Positions 27,780 to 39,605 are shown, numbered from the stretch's first letter. The stretch is 64,000 nt of DNA from Chromatiales bacterium (GCA_052388435.1 JBQTIC010000054.1:2739-66738), one strand, 5' to 3'. Numbers and translations: made by a program. Notes: a model not told the origin generated them from the sequence alone.

Positions 27780-29206
27780 CGCACTGCGCTGATGCAGACG
27801 GCCATCAACAGGCCCGGCATGATGCCCAGCAGCAATATCGCAAGCCCGTTAACGCTCAATGCCAGACGCGTGTCGGCACTCACTGCGAGTGCCGCCCCGC
27901 TTGCGGGCGGATCAAAGTACATCAGCTTGACCACCCGCAGGTAGTAGTACGCGCCGATGATGGAGAACAGGACCGCCACGGCGGCGAGCCACACGTGTCC
28001 GGCATTAATCACTTCCTTGAGCACGAACCACTTCGCCCAGAAACCGGCGAAGGGCGGGACGCCGGCGAGCGAGAACATCATGATGAGCATCACGAATGCG
28101 AACCAGGGACTGCGGCGGGTGAAACCCTTGAAGTCATCGAGACGGTCGGATTCCCTGCCCGCGTCACCGATCAGGATGATTACGCCGAAGGCGCCCAGGC
28201 TCATCAGCGCGTAGACGATGGCATAGAACATGGCTCCGGCATAGCCGCTCGGTGTCGCCGCTAGCAGGCCGAGGAGCAGGAAACCCATATGGTTGATGGT
28301 GGAATACGCCAGCATGCGCTTGATGTTTGACTGGGCAATGGCGACCACGTTGCCGATAATCATCGAGGCCACGGCGAGCGCAATCAACATGCGGTGCCAG
28401 TCCCCCGAAAGGTGCTGCAGGCCGTCGGCGAGCAGCCGCATTGCCATGGCAAAAGCGGCCACCTTCGACGCCGTGGCGATGAGAAGGGTCACTGCGGTGG
28501 GCGCGCCCTCGTAGACATCGGGCACCCACATGTGGAACGGCACTAGGCCCAGCTTGAAGGCCACGCCGACCACGATGAAGACGAGCGCAAACACCATCAG
28601 GAGGCGGTCGCTTCCGGCCGCAGTCGCTGCGTTCGCCATGTCCACGAGGTCGAGCGTGCCGGTCACGCCGTAGAGCATGGACATCCCGTAGAGCAGCATT
28701 CCCGAGGCGAGCGCGCCAAGGACGAAATATTTCATCGCCGCCTCGGAGGCCGCCGGCGAGTCCCGATGCATCGCCACCAGCGCGTAGAGCGAAAGCGACA
28801 GCAGCTCCAGCCCCAGGTAGATGGTCAGCAGGCTGCCGGCAGACACCAGCACCATGATGCCCAGCACCGCCATCAGCGCCAGCACGAAAAATTCCCCGCT
28901 CAGCAACCGTCGCAGGCGCAGGTAATCGCGCCCGTAAATCAGGCCGAAGATGACCATGGCGAGAACGAAGCTCTTAAGCACCACCGCCAGCGGGTCGCGC
29001 ACGAACATGCCGTGGAACGCCGTGGCGACACCCTTGGGACCCATTAGCGTGTCGGCGCTGAGCGCGGCGAGCAGGGTAAGCTGTGTCAGCCAGTAGGCCG
29101 CCCGGTGTTCGGGATCGCGGCTGTGGACATCAACGACAAGCACCAGGCAGATCATCGTCAGCACGAGGATCTCCGGCAGCGCCAGCTGGATAGATTCCGG
29201 CGTCAT
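27776..29206 (-). CDS. nuoN: NADH-quinone oxidoreductase subunit N
   Basis: 14-TM antiporter-like subunit, last gene of the nuo operon. Start ATG 29206 overlaps nuoM stop (ATGA). Its stop shares the tetranucleotide CTAG with the psd stop (convergent). Confidence 0.9.
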   Translation of the reverse strand: MTPESIQLALPEILVLTMICLVLVVDVHSRDPEHRAAYWLTQLTLLAALSADTLMGPKGVATAFHGMFVRDPLAVVLKSFVLAMVIFGLIYGRDYLRLRRLLSGEFFVLALMAVLGIMVLVSAGSLLTIYLGLELLSLSLYALVAMHRDSPAASEAAMKYFVLGALASGMLLYGMSMLYGVTGTLDLVDMANAATAAGSDRLLMVFALVFIVVGVAFKLGLVPFHMWVPDVYEGAPTAVTLLIATASKVAAFAMAMRLLADGLQHLSGDWHRMLIALAVASMIIGNVVAIAQSNIKRMLAYSTINHMGFLLLGLLAATPSGYAGAMFYAIVYALMSLGAFGVIILIGDAGRESDRLDDFKGFTRRSPWFAFVMLIMMFSLAGVPPFAGFWAKWFVLKEVINAGHVWLAAVAVLFSIIGAYYYLRVVKLMYFDPPASGAALAVSADTRLALSVNGLAILLLGIMPGLLMAVCISAVR

Positions 29207-30720
29207 GGCAGTTTGGACGCGGCGGCGTGTTGCACCAGGTTTTCGATACTCGCGCGCATGGTGTCGAGGAGCGGCGCGGGCCACACGCCAAAGACGAGCA
29301 CCGCAATGGCCAGTGTCAGCAAGACGAGGAACTCACGCCGGTCTATGTCCTGCAATGCGGCCACGCCGGGGTTGGCGACCGGGCCGAAGATGACGCGCTT
29401 GTACATCCACAGTGTGTAGGCCGCCCCGAGGACGAGGGTAGTGGCGGCCAGGAATGCCACCCAGAAGTTCGCCTTCACGCTCGCAAGGATGACCAGTAAC
29501 TCTCCGACGAAACCGGAGGTGGCGGGCAGGCCGGAGTTAGCCATCGCAAAGAGCATCATCAGCGCCGCAAAGCGCGGCATGGTATTGACCACGCCGCCAT
29601 AGTCGCGGATCTGCCGGCTGTGCAGGCGGTCATAGAGCACCCCCACGCAGAGGAACAGCGCGCCCGAGATGAACCCGTGGGAGACCATCTGCACCATGCC
29701 ACCGGCCACGCCCATCACGGCACCATCGTCCGTGCCGGTGTTCTGGATGATGCGGAAGATCGTGAAGAAGCCCAGCGTGACGAAGCCCATGTGCGAGATG
29801 GACGAATAGGCGATGAGCTTCTTCATGTCCTGCTGAACCAAGGACACGAAACCGATGTAGACCACCGCAATGAGCGACAGCACAATCATCAGGCCGTCGA
29901 AGTAGCGGGCGGCATCGGGGAGGATCGGCAGGCTGAAGCGCAGGAAGCCGTAGCCGCCCATCTTGAGCAGGATGGCGGCGAGGATGACGGAACCGCCCGT
30001 CGGCGCCTCGACGTGGGCATCCGGCAACCAGGTGTGCACCGGCCACATCGGCACCTTCACCGCGAACGCAAGCAGGAAGGCAATGAACAGCCACTTCTGC
30101 GCCGTCAGGGTGATCGGCAGCGCCTGCATGTCGGCGATTGCAAAGCTGTTGGCCTTGAAGTAGAGGTACAGCAGTCCGACGAGCATGAAGACGGAACCGA
30201 GGAAGGTGTACAGGAAGAATTTCACCGCCGCATACACGCGCTCAGGCCCGCCCCAGATGCCGATGATGAGAAACATCGGAACCAGCATCGCCTCCCAGAA
30301 GACATAGAAAAGGATGGCATCGAGCGAACAGAACACGCCCAGCATCAGTCCCTCGAGGATGAGGAAGGCGGCGAAATACTGGTAGGCCCTGTCCTTGATG
30401 ACCTCCCAGCCGGCCAGCACCACCAGCACCGTTGTCAGAGTGGTGAGCAGAATGAGCGGCAAAGCAATGCCATCGATGCCGAGGTGATAGTTGATGCCGA
30501 AAACCGGGATCCAGGGCCGCACCTCCACGAACTGCATTGCCGCGGTGGAGGTATTGAAGCGCGTGTATAAAAGTATGGAGAGCCCCAGTGTGGCGAGGCT
30601 GATGAGCAGGGAGTCGATCTTCACCGCCCGGTCGGTGACGCGGCCGCCGGCAAAGAGCACCCACAGCCCGCCGAGGGTCGGCACCCAGATAACGAGACTC
30701 AACAATGGCAGATCAGGCAT
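29203..30720 (-). CDS. nuoM: NADH-quinone oxidoreductase subunit M
   Basis: 505-aa antiporter-like subunit (Mrp/NuoM family), in operon order. Confidence 0.9.
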   Translation of the reverse strand: MPDLPLLSLVIWVPTLGGLWVLFAGGRVTDRAVKIDSLLISLATLGLSILLYTRFNTSTAAMQFVEVRPWIPVFGINYHLGIDGIALPLILLTTLTTVLVVLAGWEVIKDRAYQYFAAFLILEGLMLGVFCSLDAILFYVFWEAMLVPMFLIIGIWGGPERVYAAVKFFLYTFLGSVFMLVGLLYLYFKANSFAIADMQALPITLTAQKWLFIAFLLAFAVKVPMWPVHTWLPDAHVEAPTGGSVILAAILLKMGGYGFLRFSLPILPDAARYFDGLMIVLSLIAVVYIGFVSLVQQDMKKLIAYSSISHMGFVTLGFFTIFRIIQNTGTDDGAVMGVAGGMVQMVSHGFISGALFLCVGVLYDRLHSRQIRDYGGVVNTMPRFAALMMLFAMANSGLPATSGFVGELLVILASVKANFWVAFLAATTLVLGAAYTLWMYKRVIFGPVANPGVAALQDIDRREFLVLLTLAIAVLVFGVWPAPLLDTMRASIENLVQHAAASKLP

Positions 30721-30847
30721 TCTTGTTATTCGTTGTTCCTGGCTTGGTGATCGGTGACTCGTGATTCGTTGCTCGTGATCCCGTAATCGGTATATGCAAC
30801 TGCGGCCGCTTCACTGGGAACAAGTCACGAATTGCCAGTGACCGGAT
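30721..30847 (-). promoter_or_regulatory. unusual 127-nt nuoL-nuoM intra-operon spacer carrying a conserved element shared with the nuoF-nuoG spacer
   Basis: mRNA-sense GCAGTTGC-N13-GGGATCACGAGCAACGAA-TCACGAG... The 18-mer (plus-strand TTCGTTGCTCGTGATCCC, 30765-30782) is 16/18 identical to 37735-37752. nuoL and nuoM are normally adjacent or overlapping. Confidence 0.3.
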
Positions 30848-32809
30848 TCAGTGTCCGAACCCGTGTACGAAATAGCCCAGGAGCAGCAGAACTCCGATGA
30901 TCATGGCGAAGGCGTAGTGATACAGATACCCCGACTGGATCCGGCGCAGCCTGCCGGCGACCCAACCAACCAGGCGCGCCGTGCCGTTCACGCCCGCGCC
31001 GTCGATGACCAGCTCGTCGCCGACCCGCCATAGCGCCCGCCCCGCCCCGCGTGCCCCTCCTCCAAATACGATCTCGTTGAATTCGTCGAACCCATACTTG
31101 CGCTCCAGCACAAGATGCAGCCAGCGCAAGGCCGGGGCGAGCGCTGCAGGCAGCGACGGCCACCACCAGTAGAGCAGCCATGCGACCAGCATGCCGCTCA
31201 GCCCAAATATCGTGGGTGCGGCAGTGAGCCCGTGCTCAAGCGCCTCCCTCCAGCCGTGGAATTCCTCGGCCAGGTGCTGCGCGGCCTCATGGCTGGCGAA
31301 CACATGGATGGCGCTGCCAAAGAAGCCTTCCTTTAGTATCGCCTCGGCCGCGATGGCGCCGATGGCAACCGAGGGGATTGCGAGCAGGATCAGTGGAACG
31401 GTCACCACTGCCGGTGACTCGTGCAGGTGCTCCTTCGCAGGGAGGGCGATGCGCTCGCGGCCGTGGAAAACCAGGAAGAACATGCGGAAGCTGTACACCG
31501 CAGTGATGAAGACACCGGAAAGGACCACGTAGTACGCCCACGTCGCCGCCGGCAGGTTGGAATGATGGACCGCTTCGATGATGGCGTCCTTGGAGTAAAA
31601 GCCCGCCATGCCGGGAAAGCCTATCAGCGCCAGCGACCCGACCAGCGCGGTGATCCAGGTGATCGGCATGTAGCGGCGCAGCCCGCCCATATGGCGTATG
31701 TCCTGCTCATGGTGCAGAGCAATGATCACTGAGCCGGCGGCGAGGAAAAGCAGCGCCTTGAAGAAGGCATGTGTCATAAGGTGGAAGATCGCCACACTGT
31801 ATGCCGAGGCGCCGAGAGCCACCGTCATGTAACCGAGCTGCGAGAGGGTCGAATAAGCGATCACCCGCTTGATGTCGTTCTGCACCAATGCTATCAAGCC
31901 CGTAAGGAATGCGGTGACGGCGCCGATGATGAGCACCACGTTGAGCGCCGTGTCGGAGTACTCAAACAGCGGCGACATGCGCGCGACCATGAAAATGCCC
32001 GCGGTCACCATCGTCGCGGCGTGGATCAGCGCCGAGATGGGCGTGGGACCTTCCATCGAATCCGGCAGCCATACATGCAGCGGCATCTGCGCCGACTTAC
32101 CCATCGCGCCGAGGAACAGCAGCAGGCAGATGACCGTCAGCAACTGCCAGGCCTGTCCGTCCCAAACCGTGATCGTCCTGACGGCCAGCTCCGGAGCCTT
32201 GCCGAACACGGTCGCGTAATCGAGCGACCCGGCGTACATGAGCACCAGGGCAATGCCGAGCAGAAAGCCGAAATCGCCGACCCGGTTAACGATGAAGGCC
32301 TTCAGGTTCGCGTAGACCGCAGAGGGTCGTGTGTACCAGAAACCGATGAGGAGGTAGGACATCAGTCCCACCGCCTCCCAGCCGAAGAAGAGCTGCAGGA
32401 AGTTATTGCTCATGACCAGCATAAGCATGCTGAAGGTGAACAGCGCGATGTAGCTGAAGAAGCGCTGGTAACCAGGATCGCCATGCATGTAGCCGATGGT
32501 ATAGATGTGTACCATCAGCGACACAAAGCTCACCACCGCCATCATCGTCACGGTGAGCTTGTCCAGCAGAAATCCGATCTCGAACTTCACGCCGCCGACC
32601 ACCCCCCAGTCATAAACATGCGCGTTGTGGGTCGGTAGGCCATCGAGGGCGATCCGCTTGAACAGCCAGAACGAGACGAGAGTCGACACCGCCACTCCGA
32701 TGATGGTCACCCAGTGAGCGCCGGCCCGGCCGATCTGTCTGCCGCAAAGACCTGCCACCATGGAACCGATGAGCGGGGCAAGCACTACGATGAGCGCGAA
32801 TGTAGTCAT
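30848..32809 (-). CDS. nuoL: NADH-quinone oxidoreductase subunit L
   Basis: 653-aa antiporter-like subunit with C-terminal long amphipathic helix region. Confidence 0.9.
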   Translation of the reverse strand: MTTFALIVVLAPLIGSMVAGLCGRQIGRAGAHWVTIIGVAVSTLVSFWLFKRIALDGLPTHNAHVYDWGVVGGVKFEIGFLLDKLTVTMMAVVSFVSLMVHIYTIGYMHGDPGYQRFFSYIALFTFSMLMLVMSNNFLQLFFGWEAVGLMSYLLIGFWYTRPSAVYANLKAFIVNRVGDFGFLLGIALVLMYAGSLDYATVFGKAPELAVRTITVWDGQAWQLLTVICLLLFLGAMGKSAQMPLHVWLPDSMEGPTPISALIHAATMVTAGIFMVARMSPLFEYSDTALNVVLIIGAVTAFLTGLIALVQNDIKRVIAYSTLSQLGYMTVALGASAYSVAIFHLMTHAFFKALLFLAAGSVIIALHHEQDIRHMGGLRRYMPITWITALVGSLALIGFPGMAGFYSKDAIIEAVHHSNLPAATWAYYVVLSGVFITAVYSFRMFFLVFHGRERIALPAKEHLHESPAVVTVPLILLAIPSVAIGAIAAEAILKEGFFGSAIHVFASHEAAQHLAEEFHGWREALEHGLTAAPTIFGLSGMLVAWLLYWWWPSLPAALAPALRWLHLVLERKYGFDEFNEIVFGGGARGAGRALWRVGDELVIDGAGVNGTARLVGWVAGRLRRIQSGYLYHYAFAMIIGVLLLLGYFVHGFGH

Positions 32810-32818
32810 CGCTTCCGT

Positions 32819-33124
32819 CTAGCCCTTCATGGCGTCGAGGTCGTCGACGTTGATGGTGCGCCGGCTGCGAAACAGCACCACCAGGATGGCGAGCCCGATG
32901 GCTGACTCCGCGGCCGCGACGGTCAGAATAAAGAACACGAACACCTGGCCGGTGATGTCGCCGCGGAAGTGCGAGAAGGCGACGAAGTTCATGTTTACCG
33001 CCAGCAACATCAACTCGATGCACAGCAACAGCACAATGACGTTCTTGCGGTTGATGAAAATGCCGGCGACACTGAGACAGAACAGCACCGCGCCGAGCAA
33101 CAGATAATGCGACAGCGGGATCAC
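32819..33124 (-). CDS. nuoK: NADH-quinone oxidoreductase subunit K
   Basis: 101 aa, 3 [17 protein letters not shown]... Confidence 0.9.
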   Translation of the reverse strand: MIPLSHYLLLGAVLFCLSVAGIFINRKNVIVLLLCIELMLLAVNMNFVAFSHFRGDITGQVFVFFILTVAAAESAIGLAILVVLFRSRRTINVDDLDAMKG

Positions 33125-33720
33125 GGACGCTTCTCCGCCGGCATCTTCACCAGCCGCACACGCTCGCTGCGACGCACACTCACCTGATCCTCGGGCTTCG
33201 GGGTCTTCCCCTGCCGGATGCCGCGCATAGTCAGCGCGATGGCCGCGATGATGGCGACCAGCAACACCACCGCGGCGATCTCGAACGGATAGAGGTAGTC
33301 GGTGTATAGCGCGCGCCCCAGCTCGGCGGTGTTGCTGTAACCGGCAGCCCTGCGGGGCGGCGCCGCGAACTGCTCCAGGCCGAAATGGTGCGGCCCGACG
33401 ACCAGACTCATCGCCACCACAGTGAGCAGCGCCACCGCCGCACCGACCGGCAGGTAGCGGGCGAAGCCTTCGCGCAACTGCGTGATGTTGACGTCCAGCA
33501 TCATCACCACAAACAGGAACAGCACCATCACCGCGCCCACGTAAACGAGAACGAGCGCGATGGCGAGGAACTCGGCCTCGAGAAGCAACCAGAGGCCGCT
33601 GCTCGCCACGAACGCCAGCACCAGGAACAGCACGGCGTGAACGGGGTTGCGCACGGTGATCACCATGGTGCCGGCGAACAACAGCAGCGCCGCGAGCATC
33701 CAGAAGATCGCCCCCTCCAT
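33121..33720 (-). CDS. nuoJ: NADH-quinone oxidoreductase subunit J
   Basis: Start set at second ATG ([15 protein letters not shown]...), which has GGTGAGG RBS at 9-nt spacing. [13 protein letters not shown]...[17 protein letters not shown] matches NuoJ. Confidence 0.85.
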   Translation of the reverse strand: MEGAIFWMLAALLLFAGTMVITVRNPVHAVLFLVLAFVASSGLWLLLEAEFLAIALVLVYVGAVMVLFLFVVMMLDVNITQLREGFARYLPVGAAVALLTVVAMSLVVGPHHFGLEQFAAPPRRAAGYSNTAELGRALYTDYLYPFEIAAVVLLVAIIAAIALTMRGIRQGKTPKPEDQVSVRRSERVRLVKMPAEKRP

Positions 33721-33736
33721 CTCTCTCATCCTCACC

Positions 33737-34225
33737 TTACCGGAACATCGCGTCGCGGGACCGGTCGGCAGCGATCTGTGCCTCGAATATCTCGCCAACC
33801 TTGAGCAGCTTTTCCTTGGTCATCACAAGATCGCCGCGCTGCTCGCCGTGATACTCGAAGTAACGGGTCTCGACAATCGCGTCGACGGGGCAGGATTCCT
33901 CGCAGAAGCCGCAGAAGATGCACTTGGTAAGATCGATGTCGTAGCGGGTGGTGCGCCGCGTCCCGTCGGCGCGCTGGTCGGATTCAATCGTGATGGCGAC
34001 CGCCGGGCACACCGCCTCGCAGAGCTGGCAGGCGATGCAGCGCTCCTCGCCGTTCGGATAGCGGCGCAGCGCATGCAGGCCGCGGAAGCGTGGCGACAGC
34101 GGTGTTTTCTCCTCCGGATACAGCACCGTCACCTTGCGATCGAACAGGTACCGGCCGGTGAGCCGCATCCCCTTCACCAGCTCCCAGAGCAGCAGACTCC
34201 TGAAGTAATTGGCGATCGCGCGCAT
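33737..34225 (-). CDS. nuoI: NADH-quinone oxidoreductase subunit I
   Basis: Two 4Fe-4S ferredoxin motifs: [12 protein letters not shown] and [12 protein letters not shown]. Confidence 0.9.
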   Translation of the reverse strand: MRAIANYFRSLLLWELVKGMRLTGRYLFDRKVTVLYPEEKTPLSPRFRGLHALRRYPNGEERCIACQLCEAVCPAVAITIESDQRADGTRRTTRYDIDLTKCIFCGFCEESCPVDAIVETRYFEYHGEQRGDLVMTKEKLLKVGEIFEAQIAADRSRDAMFR

Positions 34226-34231
34226 GGCGCC

Positions 34232-35335
34232 TCAGACTGCGTCGAACCAGGGGGGGATCCGCCACATGACCAGTATCGCGACGACCACCAGCCATACGAT
34301 GGTGATCGGGATAAACACCTTCCAGCCCAAACGCATGATTTGATCATAACGGTACCTCGGGAAGGTGGCGCGGAACCACAGAAACAGCAGAAGAAAGAAC
34401 GCTATCTTTGCGATCAGCCAGTGCAGTCCCGGGGCGAAGAAGGAGCCGATCCAGGGGACATTGTAGAGATCCTCCGACGAACGCCCGAGCAGCTCGGGTA
34501 CACCCTGCACCGGCGACAGCCAGCCGCCGAGGAACATGACCGACGCCAGGGTCGCGATAAGGATCATGTTGGCGTACTCAGCGAGGAAGAACACCGCGAA
34601 CGCCATGCCGGAGTACTCGACGTGAAAGCCGGCGACCAGCTCCGATTCGCCTTCCGCCACGTCGAATGGCGCGCGGTTGGTCTCCGCCACCCCGGAAATG
34701 AAGTAGACGAGAAACATCGGCAGGAGCGGCAGCCAGAACCAGTTGAGGATGCTGCCCTCCTGGTGGAGGACGATGGCGCGCAGATTGAGGCTGCCGGCGG
34801 CGATGAGCACGCTCACCAGCGCAAAGCCCATGGCAATCTCGTACGCCACCATCTGAGCCGCTGACCGCAGCGCACCCAGGAAGGCATACTTCGAGTTCGA
34901 TGACCAGCCGGCGATGATGACACCATAGACGCCCATGGACGTGAGCGCCAGGATGTAGAGCAGGCCCGCGTTGATGTCAGCAATGGTCTTGGTCGCATCG
35001 AACGGGATGACCGCCCAGGCTGCAAGCGCCGGGCCTATTGCGAGGATTGGAGCGGCGATGAACAGAAACCTGTTGGCGCCGGCCGGGATGATGATCTCCT
35101 TGACCAGCAGTTTGAAGGCATCCGCGATGGGCTGCAGCCAGCCCTTCGGTCCGACACGGTTCGGGCCGAAGCGCACCTGCATGTAGCCAATCACCTTGCG
35201 CTCCGCAAAGGTGAGATAGGCCACCGACAGCATCAGCGGCACAAGCAGCGCAACAATCTGTATCAGAATGCTGGTCACCGACCACAGCGGCACCGGCATC
35301 CAGAAGAACATCTGTGAGCGCAGCCAATCCAGCAT
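34232..35335 (-). CDS. nuoH: NADH-quinone oxidoreductase subunit H
   Basis: Start ATG 35335 ([11 protein letters not shown]...) overlaps nuoG stop (ATGA). ...[23 protein letters not shown] is the NuoH/ND1 signature. Confidence 0.9.
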   Translation of the reverse strand: MLDWLRSQMFFWMPVPLWSVTSILIQIVALLVPLMLSVAYLTFAERKVIGYMQVRFGPNRVGPKGWLQPIADAFKLLVKEIIIPAGANRFLFIAAPILAIGPALAAWAVIPFDATKTIADINAGLLYILALTSMGVYGVIIAGWSSNSKYAFLGALRSAAQMVAYEIAMGFALVSVLIAAGSLNLRAIVLHQEGSILNWFWLPLLPMFLVYFISGVAETNRAPFDVAEGESELVAGFHVEYSGMAFAVFFLAEYANMILIATLASVMFLGGWLSPVQGVPELLGRSSEDLYNVPWIGSFFAPGLHWLIAKIAFFLLLFLWFRATFPRYRYDQIMRLGWKVFIPITIVWLVVVAILVMWRIPPWFDAV

Positions 35336-35337
35336 AT

Positions 35338-37710
35338 TCAGGCCCGCTCGACCTTGATGGATCCGAATGCCGGACCGAATCTGTGCAGCGGTCCGGCGCC
35401 GTGGATGAGCACACAAGCATCGGGCAGGGTGGGATCGATACGCAGCGGCAGCAGATCGCTTGTTTCACCCTGTTCGACCCGGACCAGCTTTTCACCGATG
35501 AGGCCGTGGCTGCTTGCGACGCCAGGACTGACGCGCACATAGCCGTCGGCGACCTCACCGGTATCCTGCAATGCCCTCGCATGCCGGACCAGCGGGTCGC
35601 CGGAATAAGCGGGCACAACCGTCACGCGTTCCAGACCGGTCGCCGGCACCTTGTAGAGCAGCGCGCCGTGCGCGACATCGCCGCTGTTATCCGGCCTTGC
35701 ATCTCCCACGGCGGCGCGCAGTTCCTCGCGCACCTCGGCGGAGGTCATGTAATCGAACCCGGCGACGCCGAAGGTGTTGCCCAGGACGCGCAACACCTTC
35801 CACGCCGGCCGTGCCTCGCCGGGCGGCTTCACCGCCGCATCGAAGCTCTGCCACCGGCCTTCCGCGTTCACATACGTGCCGGCGGTCTCCGCAAACAGTG
35901 CGATCGGCAGCATCGCGTGCGCATACTCCTCCATCGCCGCGCTGCGGTAGGCTGTCAACGCCACCACCAGCCCCGCACGTTGCATGGCCAGCAGGGCGGT
36001 GTGACTATCCCAGCAGTCGAGCTCGGGCTCCACGCCAAGCAGCAAATAGGCGCGCAGCTGCTTCCTGAGCATGGCGGCGGCGTCGAGACCGGGCGCGGCG
36101 AGTCGCGTCATGGCCGGCCCGCGATGCGGAAGCACGCCCGCCAACCACGCGCCGACGCCATTGGCGCCTTCGCAGAGGTAGCCGACAGACTTCCCGCTCA
36201 GGCGCGCAATGGTCTGCGCGAGCGTGCGCAGGATGGACAGGTTGGGGTGAGCGATGGCCAGGTTGCCAAGCAGGATCGTTGCGCGCGCAGTAGACTTCAT
36301 GCGCGTGGCGATCGCGCGATGGACAGGCTCGACCCTGACATCGTGCAGGCGGTCGGCCACGTCTGTTACGCGGCCTTCCTCGGCGAGCACTCGCGCCACG
36401 CCAGCCAGGGCCGCGATCATGGCGCTCGGCCGGCAAATGATCCTGTCGCTGACATGCCAGTTGAAGTCAAAGTCCACGGGATTGATGACCATCAGCTTGG
36501 CGCCACGCATCGAGGCCTTGCGCAGTCGGTGGTTGGCCATGGGCTGCTCCTTGCGCACGTTGGAGCCGACCAGCAGCACGGCGTCCGCCCTTTCGAGCTC
36601 GGCGATTCCCTGGGCCAGCCACGGGAAGATTGGTGCGCGATCCTGGTCACGGAAATCCCCTTGCCGCAGACGGTGATCGATGTGAGGCACGCCGAGGGCG
36701 CGCAAGAGCTTCTGAAAAAGGTACAGTTCCTCCACGGTCGCCGATGGCGAGGCGAGCGCGCCGATCTGCTCGACGCCGTGGTCGGTGACGGTCACTTTGA
36801 CGCGCGCGGCGGTGACCTTCAGTGCGGTCTCCCAATCCACCTCGCGCCACCGCCCGTGCTCCTTGATCATCGGCACTCGTAGCCGGCCCGCGCTGTTGAG
36901 ACCCTCGTAGCTGTAACGGTCGCGGTCCGAGAGCCAGACTTCGTTAACGGCCTCGTTCTCGCGCGGGACAACGCGCTTGACGATCTGACCCTTGACGTGC
37001 AGCTCGATGTTGGAGCCAACGCAGTCGTGGGGCGCGATGCCCGGCTTGGCGCGAAGTTCCCAGGCCCGCGCGGTGTAGCGATAAGGCTTGGAGGTCAGCG
37101 CGCCGACGGGGCAGAGGTCGATGACGTTGCCCGACAATTCCGAGGTGACCGCGCGCTCTACGTAGGTGCCGATCTCCATCTGCTCGCCGCGGCCGGTCGC
37201 GCCGAGTTCCCGCAGACCCGCGATCTCCTCGCCGAAGCGCACGCAGCGCGTGCAATGAATGCAGCGTGTCATGTCGGTCTGGATGAGCGGCCCAATGTCT
37301 TTGTCCTTCACCACCCGCTTGCGCTCCGTGTAGCGCGATACGTCAGAGCCGTAGCCCATGGCCAGGTCCTGCAGTTCGCACTCGCCGCCCTGGTCGCAAA
37401 TGGGGCAGTCGAGCGGGTGATTGATGAGCAGGAACTCCATCGTCGCCTGTTGTGCCTCGCGCGCCACCGGGGAGCGGGTGTATACCTTCATGCCTTCCAT
37501 CACCGGCGTCGCGCAGGCGGGCAGCGGCTTCGGCACCTTCTCCACCTGCACAAGACACATACGGCAGTTGGCGGCAATGGACAGCTTCTTGTGATAGCAG
37601 AAGCGTGGAATATAGATGCCAGCGGCATCCGTGATCTCCATGATCATGGCGCCCTTGCGCGCCTTGAGGGGCACGCCGTCCACTTCGATGTTGACCAGGT
37701 GTTCGTTCAT
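35338..37710 (-). CDS. nuoG: NADH-quinone oxidoreductase subunit G
   Basis: 790 aa. N-terminal 2Fe-2S and 4Fe-4S cysteine clusters ([32 protein letters not shown]), molybdopterin-oxidoreductase-like C-terminus. Confidence 0.9.
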   Translation of the reverse strand: MNEHLVNIEVDGVPLKARKGAMIMEITDAAGIYIPRFCYHKKLSIAANCRMCLVQVEKVPKPLPACATPVMEGMKVYTRSPVAREAQQATMEFLLINHPLDCPICDQGGECELQDLAMGYGSDVSRYTERKRVVKDKDIGPLIQTDMTRCIHCTRCVRFGEEIAGLRELGATGRGEQMEIGTYVERAVTSELSGNVIDLCPVGALTSKPYRYTARAWELRAKPGIAPHDCVGSNIELHVKGQIVKRVVPRENEAVNEVWLSDRDRYSYEGLNSAGRLRVPMIKEHGRWREVDWETALKVTAARVKVTVTDHGVEQIGALASPSATVEELYLFQKLLRALGVPHIDHRLRQGDFRDQDRAPIFPWLAQGIAELERADAVLLVGSNVRKEQPMANHRLRKASMRGAKLMVINPVDFDFNWHVSDRIICRPSAMIAALAGVARVLAEEGRVTDVADRLHDVRVEPVHRAIATRMKSTARATILLGNLAIAHPNLSILRTLAQTIARLSGKSVGYLCEGANGVGAWLAGVLPHRGPAMTRLAAPGLDAAAMLRKQLRAYLLLGVEPELDCWDSHTALLAMQRAGLVVALTAYRSAAMEEYAHAMLPIALFAETAGTYVNAEGRWQSFDAAVKPPGEARPAWKVLRVLGNTFGVAGFDYMTSAEVREELRAAVGDARPDNSGDVAHGALLYKVPATGLERVTVVPAYSGDPLVRHARALQDTGEVADGYVRVSPGVASSHGLIGEKLVRVEQGETSDLLPLRIDPTLPDACVLIHGAGPLHRFGPAFGSIKVERA

Positions 37711-37803
37711 GCGCTCGTGAATCGTTATTTGTAGTTCGTTACCCGTGATCCCTGGCTGGCAACTGCTTTCGAATCACCATCACGCATTACCGGTCACGTC
37801 TAT
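37711..37803 (-). promoter_or_regulatory. 93-nt nuoF-nuoG spacer carrying the second copy of the conserved intra-operon element
   Basis: mRNA-sense GCAGTTGC-N5-GGGATCACGGGTAACGAA...GATTCACGAG. Plus-strand 18-mer TTCGTTACCCGTGATCCC at 37735-37752 and GCAACTGC at 37758-37765 mirror the nuoL-nuoM spacer. Confidence 0.3.
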
Positions 37804-39108
37804 TCATGCCGCCTTGGCAGCCTCGCTGTCGACGACGCTGCGGCCGTGCTCGATGTAGTACTCGAACTCGTGGCGGAAGTGCCTGATGAAACTCTGCACG
37901 GGCATGGCGGCCGCATCACCCAGGGCACAAATGGTGCGCCCCCCGATCTTGGAGGCCACGTCGTCGAGCTTCGCGAGATCCTCCCTGGCGCCCTCGCCCT
38001 CGACGATGCGCGTGAGCATGCGGTAGAGCCAGCCCGTGCCTTCGCGGCAAGGCGTGCACTGGCCGCAGGACTCGGAGAAGTAGAAGCGCGAGATCCGCTG
38101 CAGCAACCGCACCATGTCGGTCGTCTCGTCCATTACGATGACCGCGCCGGAGCCGAGCAGTGAACCGGCCCTGGCCATGGAGTCGTAGTCCATGTCGAGT
38201 TGCATCATGATCTCGCCCGGCAGCACCGGCACGGAGGAACCGCCCGGGATGACGGCTTTGAGAGCGCGCCCCGCGCGCACGCCACCGGCCAGTTCGAGCA
38301 GGGAGCGGAACGGCGTTCCCATCGGGATCTCGAAGTTGCCCGGTCTGGCCACGTGGCCGCTCACTGAAAAGATCTTGGTACCGCCCGCTGTCGGCTTGCC
38401 CAGCCCGGCAAACCACTTCGCTCCTTTGCGCATGATCGTCGGCACCGAGGCCAGCGATTCGGTGTTGTTGATGGTGGTCGGCTTGCCGTAGAGACCGAAA
38501 CTCGCCGGGAACGGTGGCTTGAAGCGCGGCAGTCCCTTCTTGCCCTCAAGCGACTCGAGCAGAGCTGTCTCCTCGCCGCAGATATAGGCACCGGCGCCGA
38601 GCGTCACGTACAGGTCAAAGTCCACGCCCGAGCCAAAGATATCCCTGCCGAGCAGGCCGAGCCCGTAGGCCTCCTTGAGCGCCTGCGTGAAACGCTGGTA
38701 GGGCTCGTCCATGAATTCTCCGCGCAGGTAGTTGTAACCAACCGTCGCGCCCATCGCGTAGCCGCCGATCGCCATGCCCTCGATGAGCGCGTGCGGATTA
38801 AAGCGCAGGATGTCGCGGTCCTTGCAGGTGCCCGGCTCACTCTCATCGGAATTGCAGACGAGATACTTCTGCACTGGCGCCGCGCGTGGCATGAAGCTCC
38901 ACTTCACTCCGGTCGCGAAGCCGGCACCTCCGCGGCCGCGCAGCCCGGACGCCTTCACCTCCTCTACCACCTTCTCCGGCGGGGTTTCCCCGGCAAGGAT
39001 CCTCTTCCAGGCCTTGTAGCCCCCGATTCTGAGGTAGTTGTCCAATGTCCAGGGCTGCTCAAACTGCAGCGTCTCGTAGCAGCAGGCATTCAGAAGCAGA
39101 TCCGTCAT
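37804..39108 (-). CDS. nuoF: NADH-quinone oxidoreductase subunit F
   Basis: Start ATG 39108 (MTDLLLNAC...) overlaps nuoE stop (ATGA). FMN/NADH site [19 protein letters not shown], 4Fe-4[16 protein letters not shown]-track extension to 39336 overlaps nuoE. Confidence 0.9.
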   Translation of the reverse strand: MTDLLLNACCYETLQFEQPWTLDNYLRIGGYKAWKRILAGETPPEKVVEEVKASGLRGRGGAGFATGVKWSFMPRAAPVQKYLVCNSDESEPGTCKDRDILRFNPHALIEGMAIGGYAMGATVGYNYLRGEFMDEPYQRFTQALKEAYGLGLLGRDIFGSGVDFDLYVTLGAGAYICGEETALLESLEGKKGLPRFKPPFPASFGLYGKPTTINNTESLASVPTIMRKGAKWFAGLGKPTAGGTKIFSVSGHVARPGNFEIPMGTPFRSLLELAGGVRAGRALKAVIPGGSSVPVLPGEIMMQLDMDYDSMARAGSLLGSGAVIVMDETTDMVRLLQRISRFYFSESCGQCTPCREGTGWLYRMLTRIVEGEGAREDLAKLDDVASKIGGRTICALGDAAAMPVQSFIRHFRHEFEYYIEHGRSVVDSEAAKAA

Positions 39109-39605
39109 TCCATTGAGTCCAGGATCTCGTCGACCTTGGCGGTGGTCAGATGCTCGTAGTACTTGTGATCGACCTGCATCATCGGTGCCCCGCAGCACGC
39201 GGCGAGGCACTCCTCCTCCTGCTTTAGATAGAAGCGACAGTCGGATGTGCTCTCGCCGATCCTGATGCCGAGCTTGCGCTCGATGTGGCGCACGATCTCG
39301 TCGGCGCCACAGAGCCAGCAGGAAACATTGGTGCACACCGAGATGCTGTGGCGGCCGACGGGTCTGGTCTCGAACATGGAATAGAAGCTGGCCACCTCAT
39401 AGACAGCGATCGGCGGCAGTTCGAGATACTCGGCCACCGCGTCCATCAGTTCGACGGTGAGATAGCCACCGTTCTCGTGCTGAACCTCTTGCAGCGCGGC
39501 CAGCACCGCGGAGCGCTTGTGCTCCGGCGGATACTGCGTCAGCCACTCGTCGATGACGTGCCGCGCGTGCTCCGAAAGCTTGCTGACTTTCGCTGTCGTT
39601 TCCAT
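39105..39605 (-). CDS. nuoE: NADH-quinone oxidoreductase subunit E
   Basis: 166 aa thioredoxin-like 2Fe-2S subunit: [10 protein letters not shown]...CLAACCGAP. Confidence 0.9.
   Translation of the reverse strand: METTAKVSKLSEHARHVIDEWLTQYPPEHKRSAVLAALQEVQHENGGYLTVELMDAVAEYLELPPIAVYEVASFYSMFETRPVGRHSISVCTNVSCWLCGADEIVRHIERKLGIRIGESTSDCRFYLKQEEECLAACCGAPMMQVDHKYYEHLTTAKVDEILDSME

Noticed and set aside
35314-36882. 522-aa plus-strand ORF
   Set aside because: Antisense to nuoG, whose Fe-S and molybdopterin motifs clearly define the real coding strand.
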